The notes under the pieces are model-generated. The model was not told the origin of the DNA and made no database searches. It was given only the letters and a program-made list of their open reading frames with translations. The position numbers and the translations under genes are program-made. DNA of 63,892 nt, filler included, from Candidatus Woesearchaeota archaeon (GTDB lineage: Archaea; Nanobdellota; Nanobdellia; Woesearchaeales; CG1-02-33-12): the NCBI GenBank assembly GCA_018399355.1. It is 5 parts of 5 records of this genome, joined end to end, with 100 filler letters (N's around TTAATTAATTAA, not from the genome) between each part and the next. Parts side by side here need not be neighbours in the genome. Positions count along the whole stretch, not along the records: positions 28,509 to 42,448 come from JAGYOA010000025.1; positions 42,549 to 56,152 come from JAGYOA010000026.1; 3 more parts are not named here. One strand, written 5' to 3'. This document shows, in pieces, positions 37,370 through 47,821 of the stretch; within the stretch, counting starts at the first letter, position 1; each line of letters opens with the position of its first letter.

Positions 37370-39124
37370 ATGTGTGGAATATTTGCTTACAAGGGAAAAA
37401 GGAATGCAACAAAAACAGTGTTTGAGGGCCTTAAAAAGCTGGAATACCGTGGGTATGACTCATGGGGAATGGCCTTCAAAAAGCAAGGAAAAATACAGAC
37501 AATAAAAAAAGTTGGAAAGATAGCTGAATTCAACAAAAAAATACCTGAAAACGCTGACTATGCAATAGGCCACACAAGATGGGCAACCCATGGAAAAGTC
37601 AATGAAAAAAACGCCCATCCTCAGCTGTCAAACAACAAAAAAATAGCTGTAATTCATAACGGAATAATAGACAACTACATGAAGATAAAAAACATCCTTA
37701 TGGGAAAGGGGTATAATTTCAAAAGCCAGACAGACACAGAGGTAATACCCAACCTTATACAGGAGAATATGAAAAAAAGCAGCTTCAGGGAAGCTGTTAA
37801 AAAATCCTTAAAAACAATGGAGGGAAGCTTTGCAATCGTTGCAATAAGCCAGGACTCCAATGAAATTATAGCTGCAAAAAAAATGAGTCCCCTTGTTTTG
37901 GGAATAAATGATAATGAGTCCTTTGTATCATCAGATGTTGCTGCTTTTTTAAGCTATACTGACAAAGCAATAATAATGGATGATAATGAGATGGCTGTGA
38001 TAGATGAGGATATTGAAATAATCAACCTCAAGGAAAATAAAAAAATAACAAAAAAGGCAAAAAGCATAGGAATGAATTATGAGGAAGCTGAAAAAGGCGG
38101 CTTTAAGCACTTTCTTATAAAAGAGATAAGCGAACAGGAAGAGTCAATAATGAGGGCCATAAACCAGGACAGGGAATTCATAGAAAATATATCAAAACAG
38201 ATTGACAATGCCTTTGGTGTTTTCTTTGTAAGCTGCGGAACAAGCTATCATGCATGTTTATCAGCATCATACCTTTTTTCAAAGATAGTTAAGAAGCATG
38301 TAAATGTTGTTCTTGCATCTGAGTTCATAAATTACAAGCATTTTCTCACAGAAAACACATTGGTTATAGCTGTATCGCAGTCAGGAGAAACAGCTGATGT
38401 GCTTGATGCAGTAAGGACAGCAAGGGAAAAAAACTCAAGAATAATATCAATAGTGAATGTTCCGGGCTCAAGCCTTACAAGAATATCAGATGAAGTTATT
38501 CCAATGAACGCAGGTCAGGAAGTAAGCGTTCTTTCAACAAAAAGCTATACTTCGCAGCTTGCAATACTAACCTTAATTGCATATGCCTGCGCAGGAAAAT
38601 ATGAAAAAGGCCTTGGATTGATAAGAAAATCAGCTTACTACATAAAAAAGATAATCTCCAATGACAGGAAAAAAATAAAAAGCCTTGCAAAAAAGCTTAA
38701 AGACAAAAGAGATATCTTTATAATAGGAAGGGGGCTTGCATTCCCCTCTGCATTGGAAGCTGCGCTTAAGATAAAAGAAGTTTCATACATACATGCAGAA
38801 GGGCTTGCAGGTGGTGAGCTAAAGCATGGCACTCTTGCATTAATTGAGGAAGGTGTTCCGGTAATAGTGATATCAACATCTGACTCAGAGGCAAATATAG
38901 AAAACAACGCAAATGAAATAAAGTCAAGGGGGGGCTTTATGATAGGATTTAATTCCCATGAAAGCAATATTTATGACTATTTCATCAAGATACCCTCTCT
39001 TGAAAACATGGAGCCTTTGATAACCATAGTGCCAATACAGTTGCTGTCTTATTACCTTGCTTTGTATAGAAAATGTGACCCTGACAAGCCAAGAAATTTA
39101 GCAAAATCAGTAACGGTGAGATAA
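37370..39124 (+). CDS. glmS: Glutamine--fructose-6-phosphate aminotransferase
   Basis: MCGI, LEYRGYDS, GHTRWATHG, SQSGETAD, ELKHG, DKPRNLAKSVTV. Confidence 0.97.
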   Translation: MCGIFAYKGKRNATKTVFEGLKKLEYRGYDSWGMAFKKQGKIQTIKKVGKIAEFNKKIPENADYAIGHTRWATHGKVNEKNAHPQLSNNKKIAVIHNGIIDNYMKIKNILMGKGYNFKSQTDTEVIPNLIQENMKKSSFREAVKKSLKTMEGSFAIVAISQDSNEIIAAKKMSPLVLGINDNESFVSSDVAAFLSYTDKAIIMDDNEMAVIDEDIEIINLKENKKITKKAKSIGMNYEEAEKGGFKHFLIKEISEQEESIMRAINQDREFIENISKQIDNAFGVFFVSCGTSYHACLSASYLFSKIVKKHVNVVLASEFINYKHFLTENTLVIAVSQSGETADVLDAVRTAREKNSRIISIVNVPGSSLTRISDEVIPMNAGQEVSVLSTKSYTSQLAILTLIAYACAGKYEKGLGLIRKSAYYIKKIISNDRKKIKSLAKKLKDKRDIFIIGRGLAFPSALEAALKIKEVSYIHAEGLAGGELKHGTLALIEEGVPVIVISTSDSEANIENNANEIKSRGGFMIGFNSHESNIYDYFIKIPSLENMEPLITIVPIQLLSYYLALYRKCDPDKPRNLAKSVTVR

Positions 39125-40468
39125 ATGAGAAAGATATTTGGAACAGATGGAGTAAGGGGAAAGGCAAACACATATCCAATGAATGCTGAAACGGCATTAA
39201 AATTGGGTATGGCAGCTGCCTCAATCTTAACTAATGGCAATAAAAGGCACAAGATAGTTATAGGAAAAGACACAAGAATCTCTGGCTATTTAATAGAAAA
39301 CGCCCTTACAGCAGGAATTGTTTCAATGGGTGTCGATGTTTTATTAGTTGGGCCAATGCCAACTCCTGCAATTGCACATCTCACAAAGTCATTTGCAGCA
39401 GATGCCGGAATTGTTATTTCAGCATCCCACAATCCTGCTGAAGACAACGGAATAAAGTTCTTTGACCATAACGGATTCAAGCTTTCTGATGAGATAGAGG
39501 AAAAAATTGAGGAAATTGCCTTCTCAGAAGTAAAAACAGATCATATCATAGGGGAGCTTGTGGGAAAGGCAAAAAGGATTGATGATGCACAGGGGCGTTA
39601 TATAGAATTTGCAAAAAACTCTGTGGACAATATGTCATTAAAAGGATTAAAGATAGTTCTTGACTGCGCAAACGGAGCTGCATACAAAGTTAGCCCATTG
39701 ATATTTGAAGAGCTCGGAGCTGATGTTATAACAATAAATGACAAGCCAAACGGCTTAAACATAAATGATGAATGCGGAGCATTGTATCCTGAGAAGATGA
39801 AAAAAATCGTTGTGCAGTACAGCGCAGATATAGGAATCGCACTGGATGGAGATGCTGACCGCGTGATAATGGTTGACGAAAATGCAAAAGAAATTGACGG
39901 AGACCAGATTATGGCTTTATGCGGCTCTTATATGAAAGAAAAAGGCCTTTTGAAAAAAAATACAATAGTCACAACAGTAATGAGCAACCTTGGTTTTGAG
40001 ATTTCAATGAAAGAAAAAGGGATAAATTTAGTAAGAACAGATGTTGGAGACAGATATATACTGGAGGAAATGAAAAAAAACAATTATAATTTTGGAGGAG
40101 AGCAGTCAGGACATATAATATTCTTTGACCAAACTAAAACAGGAGATGGCACAATATCAGCATTGCAAGTGTTAAGAATAATGAAAGAAACACAAAAAAA
40201 GCTCTCAGAGCTTGCAGGATGCATGAAAAAGCTTCCGCAGATAATGCTCACTGTAGATGTAAAGGAAAAAATTGATTTTCATAAAATGCCTAAGGTAATT
40301 GAAAAGATTAATAAAGTAAAAGAAGACCTTAATAATAAGGGAAGGGTTTTAGTAAGATATTCAGGAACACAGAATATTGCCAGAATAATGATTGAGGGCA
40401 ATGATGAAAAGCAAATAAAAAAATATGCAGAGGAAATTGCAGAAGAAATAAGCAAGGAGGCGAGCTGA
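39125..40468 (+). CDS. glmM: Phosphoglucosamine mutase
   Basis: FGTDGVRG, GKDTRISG, ISASHNP, DGDADR, GGEQSGH, VRYSGT. Confidence 0.95.
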   Translation: MRKIFGTDGVRGKANTYPMNAETALKLGMAAASILTNGNKRHKIVIGKDTRISGYLIENALTAGIVSMGVDVLLVGPMPTPAIAHLTKSFAADAGIVISASHNPAEDNGIKFFDHNGFKLSDEIEEKIEEIAFSEVKTDHIIGELVGKAKRIDDAQGRYIEFAKNSVDNMSLKGLKIVLDCANGAAYKVSPLIFEELGADVITINDKPNGLNINDECGALYPEKMKKIVVQYSADIGIALDGDADRVIMVDENAKEIDGDQIMALCGSYMKEKGLLKKNTIVTTVMSNLGFEISMKEKGINLVRTDVGDRYILEEMKKNNYNFGGEQSGHIIFFDQTKTGDGTISALQVLRIMKETQKKLSELAGCMKKLPQIMLTVDVKEKIDFHKMPKVIEKINKVKEDLNNKGRVLVRYSGTQNIARIMIEGNDEKQIKKYAEEIAEEISKEAS

Positions 40469-40470
40469 AA

Positions 40471-41658
40471 ATGAAAGCTGTTATAATGGCTGCAGGAAAA
40501 GGGGAAAGGTGTTATCCTTTAACTTTGACAAGGCCAAAGCCAATGCTGAAAATAATGGATAAAACTGTTCTTGAGCACAATCTTGAGCAGATCAATGGAC
40601 TGGTTGATGAAGCAATAATAGTTGTAGGTTATAAAAAAGAGATGATTAAGGAAAAATTCAAGAAAAAATACAAAAAAATAAAGATAACATTTGTAGAGCA
40701 GGAAAAGCAGCTTGGAACAGGCCATGCTTTAATGCAGGCTGAAAAATTTATAAATGGAAAATTCATACTGATGAACGGTGATGATCTGTTTTCAAGGACA
40801 GATATTGAAAAATGTTTGCTACATGACTATGCTATACTTGGCCAAGAGGTGAAAGACCCTGAAAGATTTGGCATAATATACTGTGATAAAAAGATTTTAA
40901 AAAATATAGTTGAAAAATCAGAAAACCCAAAATCGGGTTTTGCAAACATAGGGCTTTACATACTTGACGACAGGATATTTGAAATTTTAAAAAATATGAA
41001 AAAAACAAAAAGAAATGAGTATGAAATAACAACTGCAATAAATGAGTTTGCCAAAATCAGAAAGATATTTTGTGAAAAAGTAAGAGATTACTGGCTTCCA
41101 ATAACTTATCCATGGAATTATCTTGAGGCAAATGTGTTTATGCTTAACAGGATTAAAAAAACCCAGATAAACGGAAAAATAGAACAGGATGTAACAATAA
41201 AGGGCAAAGTATTTGTTGGAGACGGGACAATAATTAAGTCAGGAAGCTATATAGAGGGGCCTGTCTACATCGGAGATGACTGTGAAATCGGGCCTAATGC
41301 ATTCATAAGGAAAGACACAATAATAATGGATATGGTAAGGACAAGAGCGGAAATAGTTGACTCTGTTTTAATGGAAGGAGTTACTGCAAAGCATGTCTGT
41401 TACCTTGGCCACTCTGTTATAGGCGAAAATTCAAATATTGGGGCCAGTACGATAAGCGCTGACTACAGGCATGACACAAAAGAAAACATGACTGTTGTCA
41501 ACGGAAAAAAGGTTAATACTCATAGGAGAAAACTAGGCTCTTTTATTGGAGATAATGTTAACACTGGCATAGGAACATTGATTTATCCGGGAAGAAAAAT
41601 CTGGCCAAACCTTGGAACTCTGCCAGGAGAAATAGTCTTAAAAGATAAAACAGAATAG
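40471..41658 (+). CDS. glmU: Archaeal GlmU-type sugar-1-phosphate nucleotidyltransferase/acetyltransferase
   Basis: MAAGKGER..PLT..RPKPM, QLGTGHA, NGDD, C-terminal hexapeptide repeats. Follows glmS-glmM. Confidence 0.85.
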   Translation: MKAVIMAAGKGERCYPLTLTRPKPMLKIMDKTVLEHNLEQINGLVDEAIIVVGYKKEMIKEKFKKKYKKIKITFVEQEKQLGTGHALMQAEKFINGKFILMNGDDLFSRTDIEKCLLHDYAILGQEVKDPERFGIIYCDKKILKNIVEKSENPKSGFANIGLYILDDRIFEILKNMKKTKRNEYEITTAINEFAKIRKIFCEKVRDYWLPITYPWNYLEANVFMLNRIKKTQINGKIEQDVTIKGKVFVGDGTIIKSGSYIEGPVYIGDDCEIGPNAFIRKDTIIMDMVRTRAEIVDSVLMEGVTAKHVCYLGHSVIGENSNIGASTISADYRHDTKENMTVVNGKKVNTHRRKLGSFIGDNVNTGIGTLIYPGRKIWPNLGTLPGEIVLKDKTE

Positions 41659-42444
41659 TTATTTTATTTTTCTTGCAAAAGAAAGAAATCCAGTGTAGCC
41701 CAAGCCCTCTGATTTGGGCCTTATTCTTCGGCCGTCTATCTTCCATTCTCTTTCTATTAATTCTATTGTTTTTATAAAGATAAACCTTTCATTTTTCCTT
41801 ATATTATTTACAAAGTCAGCTGTTTGGGGTATAGAAGTTGAGTAAGAGACAATAAATCCGCCGATATTCAATGATTTTTCAGCATGTTCTATGACTTTCC
41901 ATGGCTCGGGCAAGTCTAAGGTTATTAAGTCGATATTTTTTTCATCAATTCCAGTATAGATGTCTTTCTTTTTTAGAATTATGTTTTTCAGCTCAAGCAT
42001 TTTTATATTTTTGTTTACAATATCAATAAAATCATCCCTTAGTTCATAAGCATAAACTTTTTTTGCATAGTTTGCAAGAAAGCATGATAATGCACCTGAG
42101 CCAGCGCCTGCATCAACTATTGTGCTGTTTTTGCTTATTCCTGTCTCAGCAATTATTGCCGCAGCGTCTTTTGCTGTTATTATCTGGGCTATTCTTTTGA
42201 TTTTTTTGTACTGATCTATAAAGCTTGGAGAAAATATAACAAATTCCTTGTTTTGGCTTGTTTTTATTATGCTTCCGTCTTTTTTCTTTAGGTCTTTTTT
42301 TGAAATAATTCCTTCTTTTACATGGAAGTCTTTATTTACGTCATCAATATAGTAAACTCTTTTCTTGGCTATGCTTACTTCTCTTTTGATGTCTTCAATA
42401 AATTGTTTTTTCTCTTTCCTTGCAATAATCTTTTTCACTTTCAT
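41659..42444 (-). CDS. trmI: tRNA (adenine-57/58-N1)-methyltransferase
   Basis: AQIITAKD, DAGAGSGAL, YELRDDF, LDLPEPW, RP...GYTGFL. Confidence 0.88.
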   Translation of the reverse strand: MKVKKIIARKEKKQFIEDIKREVSIAKKRVYYIDDVNKDFHVKEGIISKKDLKKKDGSIIKTSQNKEFVIFSPSFIDQYKKIKRIAQIITAKDAAAIIAETGISKNSTIVDAGAGSGALSCFLANYAKKVYAYELRDDFIDIVNKNIKMLELKNIILKKKDIYTGIDEKNIDLITLDLPEPWKVIEHAEKSLNIGGFIVSYSTSIPQTADFVNNIRKNERFIFIKTIELIEREWKIDGRRIRPKSEGLGYTGFLSFARKIK

Positions 42445-42448
42445 AGAA

Positions 42449-42548
42449 NNNNNNNNNNNNNNNNNNNNNNNNNNNNNNNNNNNNNNNNNNNNTTAATTAA
42501 TTAANNNNNNNNNNNNNNNNNNNNNNNNNNNNNNNNNNNNNNNNNNNN
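42449..42548. other. Artificial contig linker
   Basis: N44-TTAATTAATTAA-N44. Confidence 0.97.
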
Positions 42549-43213
42549 ATTTCAGATATTTTTTCATTCAGCTTTTTGGTTTTTTTGTTTTCCTCATCAA
42601 GGTTTTTCTCAAGGTTTTTCCTTTCTTGTTTAAGCTCTTTGTTTTTTTCATCAAGGTTTTTTATCTTTTCAATGAGCATGGAAATTTCCTGGAATTTATG
42701 AGTATCTGAACTCTTTATCTTTTTTTCCAATTCTGTAGAAAGACTGTTTATCTGTTTTATTTTAGATGCCACCTGGCTTGACTCGTTTGCGAAAAATTCC
42801 TGCAAAACAAAGTAGGGTTTTTGTGTTGCTTTTGTGTATTCCTCAAGAATTTCTTTCATATCATTTAACTTTCCAATTATATGTTCTGAATTGTTTGATT
42901 CTGAAATTCCTGCAAAAAGCTTTTTTATATTATTCATGAAATATCTTGTTTTATGGATGTATGCCTTCCTGTTGCCTTCCATGATGGTTATGGCTCTTGG
43001 GGGAATGTTTTTGTTGTGGAGCTCTGCATTTTCAAGTTCAGTGCAGGTTTTTGACATTTCATCTAATAGTTCATCCAGCTGCTCAAGAAATCCCTGTGCA
43101 AAAGATTTTATTTCGCTGTTTTCAAGTTTGTTTTTAACAAAACTATGCAAACCTTTTCTTTCTATAATTATTGGCTCTTTTTTTTTGAAAAACCTTTCAA
43201 GAAATTTTATCAT
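42549..43213 (-). CDS. Hypothetical coiled-coil protein, cut by contig end
   Basis: Helical K/E-rich ORF running into the linker. Start placed at MIKFL. Confidence 0.6.
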
Positions 43214-43268
43214 GTAAGATAAAAAGATTTCAGGTTTTATATTTCTTTCCAAAATTATTGCTTTTCTT

Positions 43269-44060
43269 ATGAGTAGTGACAAAAACAAAAAGTTTATAAA
43301 TAAAATCCAGATAAAAGAATCTATGTTAAACTTAGAAATAGGAGATCCAAATAATTTAACTGGAAATTTAGTAGCATACTCTAAATTTACAAGTATAAAT
43401 GAAGATTATTTTCCAACTTTTAGGGATGGAGATATTTTATCTTTGTATTTTACATCAGATAGAAAGAATTTTATTGAAAAAGGTCATGAAGTTGGGGCTC
43501 CAGATGAATTTATTGATTCAATCTTAAATAAAGCAGATTCTCATCTTAATTCAAGAAAAGAAAGTATAGGTTTAGAATTGATTGCTTATCCTCTTCATAT
43601 GCCTCCTTTTTCAGAAAGGATTGACCTTCCAGTTGATAGTTATGATGATGTAATATTTTGCGGCGAACATTCAACAATGAATAAATGTATAAAAAAGAAT
43701 ATTAATCTTGCCCATGAGTATATTAAGGAGTTAAAAAATCAAATTAGTAGTATAAATGCTTTTTCAATAAGTGATTTAGAAAAAAATTCTATGCATATGA
43801 TAACTTATAAAGACATTAATAAACTTGAGAGAAGCAGCCATGTTATAAACAATTATTTAATTCCAATGGACAGAGCAATTAAAAAGGGTTCAAAAGGAGA
43901 ATTTAATAGGTTAAAACAAGAGTTTATATCTATTTTTAGTTATGGCTATAAACCTATAGATGATTTCATTAAGATTACAAAATTAATAGAAAAACAAGTT
44001 AGTGGAAATTCGATATCTCATTACTTGAATAAGATATGTGAAATTAAAAGTGAGTATTAG
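43269..44060 (+). CDS. Hypothetical protein
   Basis: 263-aa AT-rich ORF. No family recognised. Confidence 0.6.
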   Translation: MSSDKNKKFINKIQIKESMLNLEIGDPNNLTGNLVAYSKFTSINEDYFPTFRDGDILSLYFTSDRKNFIEKGHEVGAPDEFIDSILNKADSHLNSRKESIGLELIAYPLHMPPFSERIDLPVDSYDDVIFCGEHSTMNKCIKKNINLAHEYIKELKNQISSINAFSISDLEKNSMHMITYKDINKLERSSHVINNYLIPMDRAIKKGSKGEFNRLKQEFISIFSYGYKPIDDFIKITKLIEKQVSGNSISHYLNKICEIKSEY

Positions 44061-44085
44061 GAGCTCAACAAATAAATAACCAAGG

Positions 44086-45228
44086 TTATTTCTTTTTTAT
44101 GATTTCATGGAAAGCAAACACAAACATTCCTGCTGTCCAGCTGAAGCGGTCTTCGCTGCTGTAGAAAAGAGTTTCAACTCTCTTGCCCTTGTCATTATAA
44201 ACTTCTGATGATGTATTATAATCGCAGATCAGCTTTGCTATTCTTCTAAGCTCATTTTTTGCCTGTTTTTTCATTCCCATTTTATTTTTAGCTATTGCGT
44301 CAAAGCACCCTATCCAGGGCCATGAAAGTCCGTTGTGATAACCCGGCATTCCGAATATTGAGTTTATCAGAAAGATTTTATGAAAAGGGTATTTAGGATA
44401 GTTGGTCATCATCGGAACCTTGTCAAGCTTATTTTTTTTTATGAACTGCTGAATCTTAACTGATTTTTTCTTGTCTGCTATTCCCCATACTATTGCAAGG
44501 ACATTTCCCGTGGATGAGAAATAGTTTTGTTTTTTTGAATCAATCCAGTCAATGTAATAGCTGTTGTTCCAGAACTTTCTGTTAAGCTCTTTTTTCAGCT
44601 TTTTAGCCATATCTGCATATTTTTTTTCATTTGTTTTTTCTTTGATTATGGATGATAGTGCACTGAAATCAACTAATGCCTTGTAATAGCATACATTTGT
44701 GAACATTATCTCGCCGTGCTTTAATGCTGTTTCAGACCAGTTTGCCCCGAAAAATTCGTTGATAAGCACATTTTTGTCTTTGTCTTGTTTTGTAATCCAA
44801 TCTATTGCATTTTTTATTTTGGTGTAATTTTCCTTGAGAAATTTGATATCCTTGCTGGTTTTTATGTAGTCATGGCAGGCCATAACAAAAGTGGGGTTTT
44901 GCAGCATTGACTTGCCAACAAAGTAGCTTGCATGATAGCAGGGAAGGTTTAATCTCCATTTAACATTTATCCTGAGTATGCTCAGATAATAAAAGGGGTC
45001 TGAAATTCTTTTTGCAATCATTCCATTATTTCTTTGGTATTTAAGATAGAGCATAAGGTTTCTTTTTACTGCATAAAAATCTTTTAATCTGTTAGCCCCA
45101 AAAGATGCAAAGAAAGAATCCCATGACCAAAGGGTTTTCCTGAGTTTTCCTGTGATTATGCCGTTAGGGTAATAGTTGCCCCTAAGGTCCCTGACTGCTA
45201 TTTTATATGCCTTTTCTATAATGTCCAT
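44086..45228 (-). CDS. Six-hairpin glycoside hydrolase (amylo-alpha-1,6-glucosidase / GH100-like)
   Basis: WSWDSFFAS, FWN...YIDW, YHNGLSWPWIG, SEVY, FSWTAG. Confidence 0.78.
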   Translation of the reverse strand: MDIIEKAYKIAVRDLRGNYYPNGIITGKLRKTLWSWDSFFASFGANRLKDFYAVKRNLMLYLKYQRNNGMIAKRISDPFYYLSILRINVKWRLNLPCYHASYFVGKSMLQNPTFVMACHDYIKTSKDIKFLKENYTKIKNAIDWITKQDKDKNVLINEFFGANWSETALKHGEIMFTNVCYYKALVDFSALSSIIKEKTNEKKYADMAKKLKKELNRKFWNNSYYIDWIDSKKQNYFSSTGNVLAIVWGIADKKKSVKIQQFIKKNKLDKVPMMTNYPKYPFHKIFLINSIFGMPGYHNGLSWPWIGCFDAIAKNKMGMKKQAKNELRRIAKLICDYNTSSEVYNDKGKRVETLFYSSEDRFSWTAGMFVFAFHEIIKKK

Positions 45229-45584
45229 TAAACCTCTTTTAAACTGTTTTCCGATGATGAAACAAATCTGATTCCAAGGCCGGATTTTAAAACAGCTGAA
45301 ATCAGGGCCATATGTTCTTTTCCAGTGCCAGAGATTATGTTAACAGCAACCTCTGTGTCCGGGATCTTATTGCATATGTTTTTTCTTATTTCCTCTATAA
45401 TATCATTTAAATCCTTGTTTATGTCTATAACTATAAAATCAGCCTGTTTTGAGCATGAGAATTTCTCTTTTCCAAAATCATTTGTGACTAAGATTATTTT
45501 TTCCCATTCAAAGCATTCTATTATTTTTTTCAGCTCTGTCCATGTGCCTTTTCCTGTTCCAAGTGATGCTATTAAGCTTGCCAT
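45228..45584 (-). CDS. Small Rossmann-like protein resembling a stand-alone CARF domain
   Basis: LIASLGTG...EKIILVT...VAVNIISGTGKEHMAL, similar to the CARF beta1 and D/NxTGGxK motifs. Confidence 0.5.
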   Translation of the reverse strand: MASLIASLGTGKGTWTELKKIIECFEWEKIILVTNDFGKEKFSCSKQADFIVIDINKDLNDIIEEIRKNICNKIPDTEVAVNIISGTGKEHMALISAVLKSGLGIRFVSSSENSLKEV

Positions 45585-45656
45585 ATTTCATAGTAAACAT
45601 CTTTCTTTTAAATAATTTTTCACAAATTTTTTAAATAACCTGTATTTAATTGTTTT

Positions 45657-46211
45657 ATGCTTAATTTTTTAGAGATATTTGATTTAATTGTAATGTGCGT
45701 TGCAATAACCTTTATACTAAATGAGTTTATTTGGTCAAGGCTGTATTTATCAAGAGCAGCTTTTGCTGTGAGCAGTATAGAAAAGATGAAGTTTACATTT
45801 CTTGTCGTTGCCCCTGCAATTGTTTTGCATGAGATGGGGCATAAGTTTACAGCGCTTGCTATGGGACTTAAGGCAACTTTTCATGCTTCATATCCTGGTT
45901 TGATGATAGGAATAGTTTTAAGGCTAATACAGGCGCCCTTCATAATATTTGTTCCTGGTTTTGTTTCAACCATGGGAGGAACACCATTGCAGCACTCTAT
46001 TGTTGCCTTTGCAGGACCATTGGTAAATCTTTTATTATGGCTTGGCTCTACATTAATACTAAAGAGCGCAGTATCATTAACTCATAAGCAAAGATTAGCA
46101 TTCCATATAACAAAACAGATAAACATATTTTTGTTCTTTTTCAACATGATTCCTTTTGCTCCATTTGACGGCGGTCATGTTGTAAACGGATTAATACAAA
46201 CTTTTAGTTAA
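45657..46211 (+). CDS. M50 family intramembrane metalloprotease
   Basis: LHEMGH, AFAGPLVN, FNMIPFAPFDGG. Confidence 0.9.
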   Translation: MLNFLEIFDLIVMCVAITFILNEFIWSRLYLSRAAFAVSSIEKMKFTFLVVAPAIVLHEMGHKFTALAMGLKATFHASYPGLMIGIVLRLIQAPFIIFVPGFVSTMGGTPLQHSIVAFAGPLVNLLLWLGSTLILKSAVSLTHKQRLAFHITKQINIFLFFFNMIPFAPFDGGHVVNGLIQTFS

Positions 46212-46212
46212 A

Positions 46213-47724
46213 ATGAAAAAAGGATTTGATACGGAAAAATATTTGGAAGAGCAGACCAAGGCAATTCTTGAAAGGGTGAAAAAGTTTGACAATAAGCTTT
46301 ACCTTGAATTCGGAGGAAAGCTTTGCTATGACGGGCATGCATCAAGGGTTTTGCCCGGGTATGAAAAGGAAACCAAGATAAAGCTTTTGAAAAAATTAAA
46401 GGAAAACATTGAAATAGTCTATTGCATAAGTGCAAAAGACATCCAGAATGGCAGAATAAGGACAGATTTTGGATTAAAATATGATGAGCAGGCTGTAAAA
46501 GATATAGATGATTTAAGGGAGCGCGGACTTAATGTTTCTGCTGTTGTAATAACCCTTTATGAAGAAGAGATTTCTGCAAAAAAATTCAAGGCAAAGCTTG
46601 AAAACATGGGAATTGATGTTTATCTACATTATATGATAAGGGGCTATACAAATAATTTCAAGCTTGTTGTGAGTGATGAAGGATATGGAAAACAGGAATA
46701 TGTTGAAACAAAAAAGCCCATTGTGATTGTTACTGGAACAGGCGGCGGGAGCGGAAAGATGAGCTTTTGCTTGGCTCAGATTTATCACGAGCAAAAAAAA
46801 GGGGTTGATTCAGGGTTTGCAAAGTTTGAGACTTTTCCGATATGGGACCTTCCATTAGAGCATCCTGTAAATATAGCTTACGAGGCTGCAACCGCTGACT
46901 TGGGAGATATAAATATGATCGATCCTTTTTTCCTTAAAAAGTATAATAAAACAGCTATAAATTACAATAGGGATATAGAAAACTTTAGCATAATGCAGAA
47001 GATAATAAGCAATTTCCCAAAGAAAGACAGCTTAATAAGCACTTATAATTCTCCAACAGAGATGGGAGTTAACAAAATATCTTGTGGAATAATTAATGAT
47101 GATGTTGTAAGGGAAGCATCAAAGCAGGAAGTCATAAGAAGATATTTTTGGTACAGGCAGCAGAGAATGATGGGCTCAGTTGACCATGAAACAACTGACA
47201 GGATAAAGGTGCTTATGAGAAAGCTTGATGTTTCAATAAGTGACAGGAAGGTTGTTCAACAGGCAAGGGATGCTGCTTTTGAAGCTGCAAAACAGAAAAA
47301 AGGCAATAAAAATATTTACTGCGGGGCTGCAATAGAGCTTGATGACGGAAGGATTATCACAGGAAAAAATTCTCCTTTGATGCACGCTGAATCTGCCGCA
47401 ATATTAAATGCTGTCAAGGAGCTTGCAAAAATCCCTGATAATATTGACCTTCTTTCAGAGGATGTTATAAACAAGATAAGGTTGTTAAAAAAAGATGTAT
47501 TAAAAAGAAGTTCTGAGAACCTTAATGTTGAGGAAATAATGATAGCACTTGCAATAAGCTCTTCAACTAATCCAATGGCAGGTCTTGCGGTGGAGATGTT
47601 AAGAAAGATTAAGGACTGCGAGATGCACACAACACATATTTTAAGGAAGGGTGATGAGGGAGGCCTGATAAGCTTACAAATGCACGTAACCACAGACGCT
47701 AATTTTATAATTACCTCAGTCTAA
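46213..47724 (+). CDS. DUF1846 (UPF0371) family protein
   Basis: KGFDTEKYL, KLYLEFGGKL, HASRVLPG, GSGKMS, AKFETFPIW, AYEAATADL, NYNRD. Confidence 0.9.
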   Translation: MKKGFDTEKYLEEQTKAILERVKKFDNKLYLEFGGKLCYDGHASRVLPGYEKETKIKLLKKLKENIEIVYCISAKDIQNGRIRTDFGLKYDEQAVKDIDDLRERGLNVSAVVITLYEEEISAKKFKAKLENMGIDVYLHYMIRGYTNNFKLVVSDEGYGKQEYVETKKPIVIVTGTGGGSGKMSFCLAQIYHEQKKGVDSGFAKFETFPIWDLPLEHPVNIAYEAATADLGDINMIDPFFLKKYNKTAINYNRDIENFSIMQKIISNFPKKDSLISTYNSPTEMGVNKISCGIINDDVVREASKQEVIRRYFWYRQQRMMGSVDHETTDRIKVLMRKLDVSISDRKVVQQARDAAFEAAKQKKGNKNIYCGAAIELDDGRIITGKNSPLMHAESAAILNAVKELAKIPDNIDLLSEDVINKIRLLKKDVLKRSSENLNVEEIMIALAISSSTNPMAGLAVEMLRKIKDCEMHTTHILRKGDEGGLISLQMHVTTDANFIITSV

Positions 47725-47821
47725 ACAAATAATAAATTTAATTCTATTTTGAATTCAATAATTGTTGTTATATAGAATAAATATCATGGTATATTGATTT
47801 AAAATAATAACCAAATGTTAT

